A program made the position numbers and the translations under genes. Positions 1 to 9,112 of a stretch of DNA of 64,000 bases are shown one piece after another. Each line of letters opens with the position of its first letter. Positions within the stretch are counted from its first letter, which is position 1. A model generated the notes under the pieces. The model searched no databases, was not told the DNA's origin, and was given only the letters and a program-made list of their open reading frames with translations. The stretch is from Dehalococcoidia bacterium (GTDB lineage Bacteria; Chloroflexota; Dehalococcoidia; Bin125). The stretch is from assembly GCA_965205165.1 (NCBI GenBank), contig OZ242037.1, forward strand, positions 937,619 through 1,001,618, in the 5' to 3' direction.

Positions 1-816
1 CCGGTCGCGGTCACGTTCTGCCCGCTCTGCAACACCGCGATCGCGTTCAAGCGCACGGTCGGCGAGGAGATACTGGAGTTCGGCGTCTCCGGGCTGCTCC
101 GCAACAGCGACCTCGTGATGTACGACCGCGCCACCCACTCGCTCTGGCAGCAGGCGACCGGTCGCGCCCTCGTCGGCGCGTACGTGGGCGCACGGCTCGA
201 AAAACTGCCCGCCGCCATCGTCTCGTTCGGCCAGTTCGCCGAAGAATTCCCCGACGGCCTGGTGCTCTCCCGCGGCGGCCGCGCCTACGGCGAGAACCCC
301 TACGGCGGTTATGACGACGAGGATCGGCGCCCGTTCCTGTTCGCCGGCGAGATCGACCCGCGGCTGCCCGGCACGCGGCGCGTCGTCGCGCTGGAAACGA
401 CCGACCCGGCGACCGGTGCGGCCGAGTACATCGCCTACCCGTGGCCCCTGCTGGCCGAGCGCCGGGCGATCAACGACACCCGCGGCGGGCTGCCGATCGC
501 CGTGCTCTGGACGCCGGGCACCAACACCGCATTGGGCGCGCGCAGCATCGCCCAAGCCGAGGACATCGGCGCGGCGGCCGTGTTCTACACCCTGATCGGC
601 GACATCGCGCTGCTCCTGAAACCCAACCCGGAGGACGAGCGGACGTTCATCGACAACGCGACGGAGTCGGTCTGGAACATCTTCGGGCGCGCGATCTCCG
701 GCCCGTTCGAGGGCACCCAGCTGCAACCCGTCGTCCACGCCGACTACTTCTGGTTCGCCTGGGCCGCCTTCCACCCCGAAACCGAGGTCTACGGCTCGGA
801 CGGGGCCGACGGCTAG
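1..816 (+). CDS. DUF3179 family protein, 5'-partial (starts upstream of window)
   Basis: Frame 1 from nt 1 translates PVAVTFCPLCNTAIAFKRTVGEEILEFGVSGLLRNSDLVMYDR..., the conserved core of DUF3179 (CPLCNT...SGLLRNSDLVMYD). It is contiguous with the 115..816 track ORF. Confidence 0.75.
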   Translation, partial: PVAVTFCPLCNTAIAFKRTVGEEILEFGVSGLLRNSDLVMYDRATHSLWQQATGRALVGAYVGARLEKLPAAIVSFGQFAEEFPDGLVLSRGGRAYGENPYGGYDDEDRRPFLFAGEIDPRLPGTRRVVALETTDPATGAAEYIAYPWPLLAERRAINDTRGGLPIAVLWTPGTNTALGARSIAQAEDIGAAAVFYTLIGDIALLLKPNPEDERTFIDNATESVWNIFGRAISGPFEGTQLQPVVHADYFWFAWAAFHPETEVYGSDGADG

Positions 817-1670
817 ACCAGCTCGACCGGATCGCCCTCCGCCACTTCGCCGGAGACGGTGATCTCGGCATACGCGCCGAGGTGCTGGGCCGTGCGCTCG
901 ATCAGGGCGCGGCCGACGGCGCGCGAGCGCTCCATCCCGCGCTGCGCATGGGCCGGCACGGAGCAGCGCACCGTGGTCGTCTTCACCTGCGCGACGATCC
1001 CGCCGATCCGGAGCTCCCGATCCGGCCAGCCCGTTTCGACCAATCCTCCGGCCTCGCCCGTGTCGATCACCAAGTTGGGCCGGAAGCGGCGGACATCGAC
1101 GTCTTCGCCGCCGCCGAGCGCGGCCAGCTCGCGCAGCGAGGCGGTCGTGATCACGTGCAACGGGTAGCAGTCGACGAACGTGCCCGGCGGAGTCGAGAAC
1201 TCGCGCAACGAGGCCGGCAGGCCGCCGAGGTCGGGCAGCGGGTCGTCGTCCTCGAGGCCGAACACCTGCCGCAGCATCGCGAGCTGGGCCGCGGGATCGA
1301 CCTCCCCGGCCGGCGCCGCGCGCTGGAAGTACGCGGCATCCGCGGCCGGCCGCAGCGGCGCGAGCGCCACCTCGCGCCCCAGCACCTCGCCCAGCCGCTC
1401 CGCCGCGTCCTGATCGATCTCCGCGCCGTCCGGCAATTCGATCGCGAGCGGCGCCGATTGCGCCGCCTCGGTCGGCTCCGCGGTGAAGCGGGCGGCGCAC
1501 TGGAGCAGTGCCGGGATCTCCCGGGCGCTGCGGGTCTGGCCGCCCTCGCGCACCGCCCAAGCGCGGTCGCCGATCATCCCGAACTCGTTGAAGGAGGCCC
1601 GCGGCACGCGCCCGCCGCCCATCGACTTGACCGGATACCGCCAGACCTCCGAAACGCGGCCAATCTGCAT
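813..1670 (-). CDS. MOSC domain-containing protein (YcbX-like)
   Basis: 285 aa. The N-terminus MQIGRVSEVWRYPVKSMGG is typical of MOSC N-terminal beta-barrel plus MOSC domain proteins. Convergent 4-nt overlap with the upstream gene. Confidence 0.7.
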   Translation of the reverse strand: MQIGRVSEVWRYPVKSMGGGRVPRASFNEFGMIGDRAWAVREGGQTRSAREIPALLQCAARFTAEPTEAAQSAPLAIELPDGAEIDQDAAERLGEVLGREVALAPLRPAADAAYFQRAAPAGEVDPAAQLAMLRQVFGLEDDDPLPDLGGLPASLREFSTPPGTFVDCYPLHVITTASLRELAALGGGEDVDVRRFRPNLVIDTGEAGGLVETGWPDRELRIGGIVAQVKTTTVRCSVPAHAQRGMERSRAVGRALIERTAQHLGAYAEITVSGEVAEGDPVELV

Positions 1671-1788
1671 GTCGCACCTCCCGCACGCAGGCTAACGACC
1701 GGCCGCCCCGACGTTTCCACCCCCCGGGCGTGCGGGGGGACTTTTCACGTGAAAAGTCCTCGGCCATCGCGCTTGCCTCTAATCTGTA

Positions 1789-2775
1789 GTGAACTGGTAT
1801 GATTTGTCAGGATTGGAACGGATCGCCCACCGCATGACCACCGCCGCACCTCCGCAGCCGAGCGCCGCCCGCGGGCCGGCGGCCGGAACGCTGGCCGGGC
1901 TCGAGGCGGAGGCGATCCACATCATCCGCGAGGTCGCGGCCGAGTGCGAGCGCCCCGCCCTGCTCTTCTCCGGCGGCAAGGACTCGATCGTGATGCTGCG
2001 CCTGGCCGAGAAGGCCTTCTGGCCGGCCCGCATCCCCTTCCCGCTGCTGCACGTCGATACCGGCCATAATTTCCCTGAGACGATCGAGTTCCGCGATCGC
2101 CGCGCCGCCGAGCTGGAGGCCAACCTGCTGGTCGCCTCCGTCCAGCGCAGCATCGACGAGGGCCGCGTGGTTGAAGAGACCGGCCCCCGCGCCTCGCGCA
2201 ACCGCCTCCAGACGACGACCCTGCTGGACGCCATCGCCGAGCACCGGCTGGACGCACTGTTCGGCGGCGCCCGCCGCGACGAGGAAAAGGCGCGGGCGAA
2301 GGAGCGCATCTTCTCCTTCCGCGACGCCTTCGGCCAGTGGGACCCGTCCTCCCAGCGCCCCGAGCTGTGGAACCTCTACAACGGCGCGATCGGCCCGGGC
2401 GAGCACATCCGCGCCTTCCCGCTCTCGAACTGGACCGAGCTGGACGTCTGGCGCTACGTCGAGCGCGAGGGCCTCGAAATCCCGGCCATCTACTTCGCCC
2501 ACGAGCGGCTGATGTTCGAGCGCGACGGGATGCTCTTCCCCGCCAGCGAATACGTAGAACTGCTGCCGGACGAAACGCCGTCGCCCGCGCAGGTGCGCTT
2601 CCGCACGGTCGGCGACATGACCTGCACCGCCGGGGTGCGCTCGGAGGCGGCGACGATCGCCGCGGTCGCGGCCGAGATCGCCGCGACCCGGATCACCGAG
2701 CGGGGGGAAACGCGGGCGGACGACCGCGCCTCGGAGGCGGCGATGGAGGATCGCAAGCGCGAGGGCTACTTCTAG
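1789..2775 (+). CDS. cysD: sulfate adenylyltransferase subunit 2
   Basis: Motifs LEAEAIHIIREVAAE, LFSGGKDSIVMLRLA, HVDTGHNFPET and TVGDMTCT match the CysD PAPS-reductase fold. The true start may be the internal ATG at 1834 (MTTAAPP). Confidence 0.9.
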   Translation: MNWYDLSGLERIAHRMTTAAPPQPSAARGPAAGTLAGLEAEAIHIIREVAAECERPALLFSGGKDSIVMLRLAEKAFWPARIPFPLLHVDTGHNFPETIEFRDRRAAELEANLLVASVQRSIDEGRVVEETGPRASRNRLQTTTLLDAIAEHRLDALFGGARRDEEKARAKERIFSFRDAFGQWDPSSQRPELWNLYNGAIGPGEHIRAFPLSNWTELDVWRYVEREGLEIPAIYFAHERLMFERDGMLFPASEYVELLPDETPSPAQVRFRTVGDMTCTAGVRSEAATIAAVAAEIAATRITERGETRADDRASEAAMEDRKREGYF

Positions 2776-2779
2776 CGCC

Positions 2780-4093
2780 ATGACGGACGGCGAGCGCCAC
2801 GTGGAAATCCGCGAGCGGCCGCTGCTGCGGCTGGCCACGGCCGGCTCGGTCGACGACGGCAAGAGCACCCTGATCGGGCGGCTGCTGTTCGATTCGAAGC
2901 AGACCTTCATCGATCAGATGGCCGCGATCGAGCGGACCAGCCGCGACCGCGGCTCGGATTACGTCGAGCTGGCGCTGCTCACCGACGGGCTGCGCTCGGA
3001 GCGCCAGCAGGGGATCACGATCGACGTCGCCTACCGCTACTTCCAGACGCCGCGCCGCAAGTTCATCCTCGCCGACACGCCGGGCCACGTGCAGTACACC
3101 CGCAACATGGTGACCGGCGCATCGACCGCGGATTGCGCGCTGATCCTCGTCGACGCCCGCCGCGGCGTGCTCGAGCAGACCCGGCGGCACGCCTACCTCT
3201 CGGCCTTGCTCGGCATCCGCCACTTCGTGCTCTGCGTGAACAAGATGGACCTGGTCGATTTCGACCAGGCCGCGTTCGAGCCGATCGCGGCCGAGCTGTC
3301 GCGCTTCCTATCGCGCATGGGCGGGCTGGCGGGCGCGGGCGACGCGGCCGGAATCGACGCGCGCGCCGTGCCGATTTCGGCCAAGGACGGCGACAACGTG
3401 GTCGAGCACTCGGCGCGGACGCCGTGGTACGACGGCCCGCCCCTGCTCGATCTGCTGGAGACCATCGACGTCGCGGACCCGCCCGCCGTGGCTGCCCGCT
3501 TCCCCGTGCAGTACGTGATCCGCCCGCGGCGGGAGTCGCACCTCGACTACCGCGGCTACGCGGGCACCGTCGCCGGCGGCCGGCTCGCGGTCGGCGACGA
3601 GGTGGTCGTGCTGCCGGCCGGGCACCGGACCACGATCGCGGCGATCGATACGTACGGCGGCGGGCGGGCGGAGGCATCGGCCGGCGAGGCGGTGACGCTG
3701 CGGCTGGCCGATGAGTACGACATCGACCGCGGCGACATGATCGCCAGCGCCGCCGAGCCGCCGCGGACGGCCGGCGAAATCTCCGCGCACGTCTGCTGGA
3801 TGAGCGAACGCTCGGCGCTTTCAGCCGGGCAGCGTTTGAGAATCAAGCACGCCACGCGGACCACGCGGGCGCTGGTCGATGAAGTGACGGCGCGGCTCGA
3901 CGTGAACACGCTGGACTACGACCTCACGGCGCAGCGGCTGGAGCTGAACGACATCGGCCGGGTCCGCCTGCGGCTGATGTCGCCGCTGGCCGTCGACCCG
4001 TACGAAGCGAACCGGAGCACGGGCGCGTTTATCCTCATCGACGAGGCGAGCCGCGCCACGGTCGGCGCGGGAATGATCAACTCGTCCGCCTGA
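2780..4093 (+). CDS. cysN: sulfate adenylyltransferase subunit 1 (GTPase)
   Basis: G-domain motifs GSVDDGKST, DTPGH and NKMD. Immediately downstream of cysD with a 5-nt gap. Confidence 0.9.
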   Translation: MTDGERHVEIRERPLLRLATAGSVDDGKSTLIGRLLFDSKQTFIDQMAAIERTSRDRGSDYVELALLTDGLRSERQQGITIDVAYRYFQTPRRKFILADTPGHVQYTRNMVTGASTADCALILVDARRGVLEQTRRHAYLSALLGIRHFVLCVNKMDLVDFDQAAFEPIAAELSRFLSRMGGLAGAGDAAGIDARAVPISAKDGDNVVEHSARTPWYDGPPLLDLLETIDVADPPAVAARFPVQYVIRPRRESHLDYRGYAGTVAGGRLAVGDEVVVLPAGHRTTIAAIDTYGGGRAEASAGEAVTLRLADEYDIDRGDMIASAAEPPRTAGEISAHVCWMSERSALSAGQRLRIKHATRTTRALVDEVTARLDVNTLDYDLTAQRLELNDIGRVRLRLMSPLAVDPYEANRSTGAFILIDEASRATVGAGMINSSA

Positions 4094-4110
4094 TCGCGCC
4101 CAATTGCGCC

Positions 4111-5007
4111 TTGCCGGAGGACGCCGCGATGAGCAACGCCGCGCTGAAGGCCGCGGCCGCGGCGCTGCTGTGCGCCGCGCTCGCGCTGGCGGCCTGCGGG
4201 AGCGGCAGCCGGCCCGACTTGGGCGAGGAGCTGATCCTCGCCACCACCACGAGCCTGAACGACAGCGGCCTGCTGGACGAGCTGGCGCCGATCTTCGAGC
4301 AGGAGACGGGCCTGAACGTCAAGGTGATCGCGGTCGGAACGGGCGCGGCGCTACGGATGGGCGAAGAGGGCAACGCCGACGCGCTGCTCGTCCACGCGCC
4401 CGACGCGGAGCGGGAGTTGCTGGCCGCCGGCCACGCCGCCTCGCGCGAGCTGGTCGCCTACAACGACTTCATAATCGCCGGCCCCGCATCAGACCCGGCC
4501 GGCATCGTCGGCATGTCCGACGCAGCGGCCGCCTTGGCCGCGATCGCGGCCGCGCAGTCGCCGTTCGCATCCCGCGGCGACGACAGCGGCACGCACAAGA
4601 AGGAGCTCGCCCTCTGGACAGCGGCCGGAATCGAGCCGGCCGGCGCGTGGTACTTGGAAACCGGGCAGGGGATGTCGGCCACCCTGACGGTCGCGGACCA
4701 GCGCGACGCCTACGCGCTGACCGACCGCGGCACCTTCCTCTCGCTCGCCGCCCGGCTCGAACTGGAGGTCTCCGTCCAAGGCGATCCCCGCCTGCTGAAC
4801 TACTACAGCGTGCTGACCGTGAACGCGGACAAAGGCGGGATCAACGCCGCCGGCGCCCGCGCCTGGGCCGATTTCATCCGCCGCCCCGACACCCAGTCCC
4901 GAATCGCCCAGTTCCGCCGCGCCGAATACGGCCGCCCCCTCTTCATCCCCGCCGCCAACGACACCGAAGAAGCAATCGCCTCCCGAGGCGGCGCCCCGCG
5001 GGAATGA
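4111..5007 (+). CDS. tupA: tungstate/molybdate ABC transporter substrate-binding lipoprotein (TupA/WtpA-like)
   Basis: The TupA signature ATTTSLNDSGLLDEL is present. The N-terminus has a lipobox (LALAACGSG). An alternative start is at 4129 (MSNAALK). Confidence 0.8.
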   Translation: MPEDAAMSNAALKAAAAALLCAALALAACGSGSRPDLGEELILATTTSLNDSGLLDELAPIFEQETGLNVKVIAVGTGAALRMGEEGNADALLVHAPDAERELLAAGHAASRELVAYNDFIIAGPASDPAGIVGMSDAAAALAAIAAAQSPFASRGDDSGTHKKELALWTAAGIEPAGAWYLETGQGMSATLTVADQRDAYALTDRGTFLSLAARLELEVSVQGDPRLLNYYSVLTVNADKGGINAAGARAWADFIRRPDTQSRIAQFRRAEYGRPLFIPAANDTEEAIASRGGAPRE

Positions 5008-5057
5008 TTGAAGGAACCATGACGCGATTCAGCCCTCCAACGCCCGCGTGATCCCGC

Positions 5058-5372
5058 ATGGATGCACTGCCCATCGATCTGTCTTGGAACCGGGCGACAA
5101 TGGCCGAACTCGCGGCGCATGATCTGACCGTCGCTGACGCATACGGCGTGTTCCAGAACCAGCCCGAGTTCTACGCGCAGCAACCTTCGCCTGAGATCGG
5201 ACGGCAGGGCACCTACCGCTACCGCCCTGAGCGGCTGATGATGATCGGCCCGACCAGATCGGGGCGCATGTTGAGCTTTATCCTTGAACTGCCGGATGCC
5301 GACCGGTTGTGCCATGTCGTGACCGGTTGGGATTCGACCCTGGAAGAGATCGAGGCCTATGACCAGACCTAA
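5058..5372 (+). CDS. BrnT-like (DUF497) ribonuclease toxin
   Basis: 104 aa. The pattern LSWNRATMAELAAHDLTVADAYGVF...ERLMMIGPTRSGRMLSFILE...DRLCHVVTGWDSTLEEIEAY follows the DUF497/BrnT consensus (F-WD..K...N..KHGV.F.EA..VF ... EER..AIG....GR.L.VV.......IRIISAR.A...E...Y). It overlaps the next ORF by 14 nt. Confidence 0.55.
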   Translation: MDALPIDLSWNRATMAELAAHDLTVADAYGVFQNQPEFYAQQPSPEIGRQGTYRYRPERLMMIGPTRSGRMLSFILELPDADRLCHVVTGWDSTLEEIEAYDQT

Positions 5373-5652
5373 CCCTGATGAGCGGCCGATCCACCCCGCA
5401 CGGGAAGAATTCGGCAGCATCAAGGACGCCGTTCGCATTGACGTCGAACTCACGGGCCCGCCGGCCGGCGAGTTCACGGTCCGTTTCGAAGGGGACCATC
5501 TGGAGCGCCTGCTGTACGGCATCCGCGAACTCGGCATCCAGCCGCTGTCGGAGTTCTTCCGCGACGCAGCACTCGCCGCCATCGACGTGCGGGAAGCAGA
5601 ACTGGCAGCCGCGAAGAAGGGCGCCGACGCAGCCGCCGGCGGCGCCGGCTGA
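5359..5652 (+). CDS. BrnA-like antitoxin (ribbon-helix-helix-like), cognate of the BrnT-like toxin
   Basis: 97 aa. Its start overlaps the upstream toxin. The FTVRFEGDHLERLLYGIRELGIQPLSEFFRDAAL segment resembles the strand-helix-helix of BrnA antitoxins. Toxin-first gene order is the hallmark of brnTA. Confidence 0.45.
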   Translation: MTRPNPDERPIHPAREEFGSIKDAVRIDVELTGPPAGEFTVRFEGDHLERLLYGIRELGIQPLSEFFRDAALAAIDVREAELAAAKKGADAAAGGAG

Positions 5653-5814
5653 GTACCGGCTGCACGACCACTCGCGGGATGATGCTGGAGGGTTCGGGGA
5701 CGCCAAGGGCGAGATTCGCGTCAAGGGCGGCGCGCACTTGCTGAACCACTGCAACGCGCTGATCCATTCGGCCGGCCGGCGATCCGGCCGTTGATCGGGC
5801 GGTAGCCTGAGCGG

Positions 5815-6510
5815 ATGGAGCTGATCTGGGACGGGGTCCGGGAGGCGGTGCGGCTGCTGATTTCGGGGGACCGGGCGGTCGTCGAGATCATGCTGCGGAC
5901 GCTGGCGATCTCGGGTGCGGCGACGGCGCTGGCGCTGATCATCGGGATCCCGATCGGGGCGGCGCTGGCGCTGCGGCGGTTTCCGGGGCGCGGGCTGTTC
6001 GTCGCGGCGGTGAACACCGGGATGGGGATGCCGCCGGTCGCGGTCGGGCTGATCGTGGCGATGCTGCTCTGGCGCAACGGCCCGCTGGGCGGGCTGGGCT
6101 GGATCTACTCGCCGCAGGCGATGGTGATCGCGCAGCTCGCGCTGGCCGGGCCGATGGTCATCGGCTTCTCGCTCGCCTCGATCCAGGCGATCCCGCCGCA
6201 GCTGCTGGATCAGATGCGGGCGCTGGGAGCCGACCGGGCGCAGATGCTGTGGCTGATCATCCGCGAGAGCCGGCTGGGGCTGCTGGCCGCGGTGATGGCC
6301 GGGTTCGGCGCGGCCATCTCCGAGATCGGAGCCTCGATGCAGGTCGGCGGGAACCTCGCCGGCGAGACCCGGGTGCTGACCACGGCGACGGTGCAGGAAA
6401 CCGGGCGGGGCAACTTCGAGCTGGCGCTGGCGCTGATGATCGTGCTGGTGGCGCTGGCCTACGCGGTCAACCTGCTGCTCACCTCGGTGCAGCAGCGGCG
6501 CCCCGCCTGA
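5815..6510 (+). CDS. tupB: ABC transporter permease (TupB-like)
   Basis: 231 aa, multi-TM, with an EAA-like loop (QLLDQMRALGADRAQMLWLIIRESRLGL) typical of the ModB/TupB permease family. Confidence 0.8.
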   Translation: MELIWDGVREAVRLLISGDRAVVEIMLRTLAISGAATALALIIGIPIGAALALRRFPGRGLFVAAVNTGMGMPPVAVGLIVAMLLWRNGPLGGLGWIYSPQAMVIAQLALAGPMVIGFSLASIQAIPPQLLDQMRALGADRAQMLWLIIRESRLGLLAAVMAGFGAAISEIGASMQVGGNLAGETRVLTTATVQETGRGNFELALALMIVLVALAYAVNLLLTSVQQRRPA

Positions 6511-6518
6511 GCGAGCCG

Positions 6519-7667
6519 ATGGACGCGGGCGGGGACCCCGGCGGCGCGCACCTGCAGGTGCGCGGGCTGCGGATCGAGCGAGGCGGGCGCGCCGTGCTCG
6601 ATCTGCCCGAACTGGATTTCCCCGCCCGCCGCGTGACCGCGGTGCTGGGGCCGAACGGGGCCGGCAAGAGCACGCTGTTCGCCGCCCTGCAGCTGCTGGT
6701 GCGCCCGGCCAGCGGCGAACTGCTGCTGGACGGCGAGCCGATGGCGCGGGACGCGGTGGCGGCGCGCCGGCGCATGGCCGCGGTCTCGCAGGACCCGCTG
6801 CTGCTGGACATGAACGTGCGGGCCAACGTCGAACTGCCCCTGCGGCTGCGCGGAATCGGCCGGCGCGAACGGCGCGCCGAGGCGGAGCGCTGGCTGGCCC
6901 GCTTCGGCGTCTCCGAACTGGCTGGACGGCACGCGCACGAACTCTCCGGCGGCGAGGCGCAGCGGGTGAACCTCGCCCGCGCCTTCGCGGCCAGGCCCGA
7001 AGTGCTGCTGCTCGACGAGCCGTTCACCGGCGTCGACGCGCCGACGCGGCTGGGGCTGATCGACAGCTTCGCCGGGATCCTGGCCGAGGCGCGGCCGACG
7101 ACCGTGCTGATCACGCACGACCGCGACGAGGCGCTGCGGCTGGCGGACCGGCTGGCCGTGATCATCGGCGGGCGGCTGCGGCAGTGGGGCCGGCCGGCGG
7201 ACGTGTTCTCCGCGCCGGCCGACGCCGAGGTGGCCGACTTCGTGGGCGCGGACAACCTCTGGCCGGCCCAGCTGGCGTCCTCCCGTGCGGGCGTCGCGAC
7301 CTACCGGACCGCGGACTTCCTGGTGCATGCGGCGGCGGAGGCCGCGCCGGAGCGCGCCTACGTCTGCATCCGCCCGGAGCAGATCACGCTGTCTCCGCCG
7401 ACCGAGGGCGGGCCGCCGACCAGCGCCCGGAACCACGTGCTGGGCGACGTGCGCAGCGCCTACCCTAGCGGCCCGCTCTGGCGCGTCACCCTCGACCTGC
7501 GCCGCCCCGGCGCCGAGATGTCCCTGATCGCCGACGTCAGCCGCGCCAGCTACGAGGAGCTCGCCCTCAAGCCCGGCGACCCCGTCCGCGCCGCCTTCAA
7601 AGCCGCCGCCGTCCACATCATCCCCCGCGGAGCCGCTCTGGACCGGAACCGAGCAGAAGACGCATAA
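6519..7667 (+). CDS. tupC: ABC transporter ATP-binding protein with C-terminal TOBE/MOP domain (TupC/ModC-like)
   Basis: ATG at 6519 lies in frame with the 6249..7667 track ORF (MDAGGDPGG...). Walker A GPNGAGKST, signature LSGGEAQRV and Walker B LLLDEP are present, with a C-terminal transport-associated OB domain. It follows the permease stop at 6510 directly. Confidence 0.85.
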   Translation: MDAGGDPGGAHLQVRGLRIERGGRAVLDLPELDFPARRVTAVLGPNGAGKSTLFAALQLLVRPASGELLLDGEPMARDAVAARRRMAAVSQDPLLLDMNVRANVELPLRLRGIGRRERRAEAERWLARFGVSELAGRHAHELSGGEAQRVNLARAFAARPEVLLLDEPFTGVDAPTRLGLIDSFAGILAEARPTTVLITHDRDEALRLADRLAVIIGGRLRQWGRPADVFSAPADAEVADFVGADNLWPAQLASSRAGVATYRTADFLVHAAAEAAPERAYVCIRPEQITLSPPTEGGPPTSARNHVLGDVRSAYPSGPLWRVTLDLRRPGAEMSLIADVSRASYEELALKPGDPVRAAFKAAAVHIIPRGAALDRNRAEDA

Positions 7668-7686
7668 TGTCCGCGGGCGGGGTCGT

Positions 7687-8562
7687 CTACTCGTCCAGCT
7701 GCGTCGAGTAGACGTGCGACGCCGTCGAGCTTTCGTAGATGCTGTCCTCGGCAAGGGCGAAATAGCCGGCCCACATGCGCCAGATCATGCGCCATTGGGG
7801 ATCATCTGCAGCGAGCTCCGTCACGGGAAGACCGAGATCCCGAGCGCGTCCGCCGGAAACGACCGCCGCGTGGCTCTGTGGCTCCACGATCAAGGATGAA
7901 GACAACCGTTTGGCCAGCGCCTCCACGTCGGCAGGGGAGCGTTCAGGGTGCGAAGCCAGCGCTTCGTCAAGTTGGGCGCGGGTGCGCGCGATCGCTTCGC
8001 GTGCCTGTTGGACCTTGAGCGCGGACACGCCTTCGAGCATCGTCGCGTGAAAAGGCCCGGTTTCGGGAACTGCAAGAACTTGTTCTTCAGCATGCTCGAC
8101 GGCGGCGATGATCGACTTGGCGGCCGCCCAAGTGCCGTCATCCATCCGGAACTGCGGGTCGATGGGGCCGAGATCGCTGGTCGGTCCCATCAGAATCGCG
8201 TGCGCGCCGAGGGCGAGCATCGTGCCGGCGCTCTTCGCTTGATCGGGGACGATCACGGTCAGTTCACGGCACCGCGACTGCGCTTGCCGCACGAGGCGGA
8301 TCGCCGATTCCCCATCGCCGCCGGGCGTATCGAGCAGAAGGTGGAGATCGTCATCTCGACGGGCCCCGTGCAGCAAATCTTCGAACAGCGTGATGCTGTA
8401 GGGCGCAAGTTCGCCGATGAGGACCGCGCACCTGCAGTTGAACTGCTCCTCATACTCGCGGAGCAAGAGCTGGCGCGCGTAGCGGGGCTGTTGCGTCGCG
8501 GCGTGCAGCGGACCGTCGAGCACTCCAGCCCGGGGACGGTCAACGCCGCCGTTCACCGCCAT
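7687..8562 (-). CDS. SDH-family ClpP-fold serine protease (S49/ClpP-like)
   Basis: Motifs LLDTPGGDGESAIRL and AKSAGTMLALGAHAILMGPTSDLGPIDPQ match ClpP/SppA-fold peptidases of the 'serine dehydrogenase proteinase' family. The track start at 8568 is a TTG; the ATG two codons downstream at 8562 is more likely. Confidence 0.65.
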   Translation of the reverse strand: MAVNGGVDRPRAGVLDGPLHAATQQPRYARQLLLREYEEQFNCRCAVLIGELAPYSITLFEDLLHGARRDDDLHLLLDTPGGDGESAIRLVRQAQSRCRELTVIVPDQAKSAGTMLALGAHAILMGPTSDLGPIDPQFRMDDGTWAAAKSIIAAVEHAEEQVLAVPETGPFHATMLEGVSALKVQQAREAIARTRAQLDEALASHPERSPADVEALAKRLSSSLIVEPQSHAAVVSGGRARDLGLPVTELAADDPQWRMIWRMWAGYFALAEDSIYESSTASHVYSTQLDE

Positions 8563-8776
8563 CGCCAAGGCGGGCGACGGGGGGATTCGAACATGATGGG
8601 ACGCCCGGCGCGGGCCTTCCGCGCCGCTTCGCGGGCGCGCCGGACCTCTTCAATCGCGTCATACCAGTCCGCGGCGCGTTTGCGCTCTTGACCCTGCCGC
8701 TTGATTGCTGCTGCCATTGCGAGGATCCTTCCGCACCCTCATTGTGCCAGATGCCGGGCGCAGCGGCGCAAGCAGG

Positions 8777-9103
8777 TCATCCGGACTTGCCCAAACGCTG
8801 CTTGAGCCAGCGGGGCAGGCTGAAGCCGTCTTGCTGGATGTTGAAGAGGGCGCGGAGTTCGGCGCCGGTGGGTTCGGTGGCCGCGTGTTCGCCGTTGATC
8901 AGGATGGTCGGGGTGCTGCGGTAGCCGTTGTTCAGCTCGATGCAGTGCTCGGCTGCGGATTCATCCTCGTCGATGTCGATCGCGGCGTGGGGGATGCCGT
9001 GCTCTTCGAGGAAGCGCTGGGCGCTGCGGCTCTGAGGGCACCATTCGGTCGTGTAGATCACGACTTCGGGCGCTGGCGGTTCGGGGTCCGGCTGCGTGCT
9101 CAT
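8777..9103 (-). CDS. glutaredoxin-like / mycoredoxin-NrdH family thioredoxin-fold protein (CxxS active site)
   Basis: 108 aa. VVIYTTEWCPQSRSAQRFLEEHGIPHAAIDID...TPTILING matches a glutaredoxin fold with a monothiol CPQS site. Confidence 0.7.
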   Translation of the reverse strand: MSTQPDPEPPAPEVVIYTTEWCPQSRSAQRFLEEHGIPHAAIDIDEDESAAEHCIELNNGYRSTPTILINGEHAATEPTGAELRALFNIQQDGFSLPRWLKQRLGKSG

Positions 9104-9112
9104 GGGGGCAGG

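Noticed and set aside
441-1802. 453-aa plus-strand ORF overlapping the DUF3179 and MOSC genes, and other Arg/Pro-rich ORFs (17240..18259 -, 18377..19396 -, 31178..32380 -, 32095..33696 -, 32399..33973 -, 46047..47378 +, 44416..44970 -)
   Set aside because: Extreme Arg/Pro/Ser/Gly bias, no domain signatures, and each overlaps a well-supported gene in another frame or strand.
5378-5794. 138-aa plus-strand ORF overlapping the BrnA-like gene
   Set aside because: Ser/Arg-rich off-frame translation of the same region. The BrnA-like frame has the start overlap with the toxin and RHH-like features.
8553-8717. 55-aa basic ORF upstream of and overlapping the SDH protease start
   Set aside because: Plausible-looking peptide but short, overlapping, and without a recognisable family. 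Kept only as a remark in findings, not as a feature.
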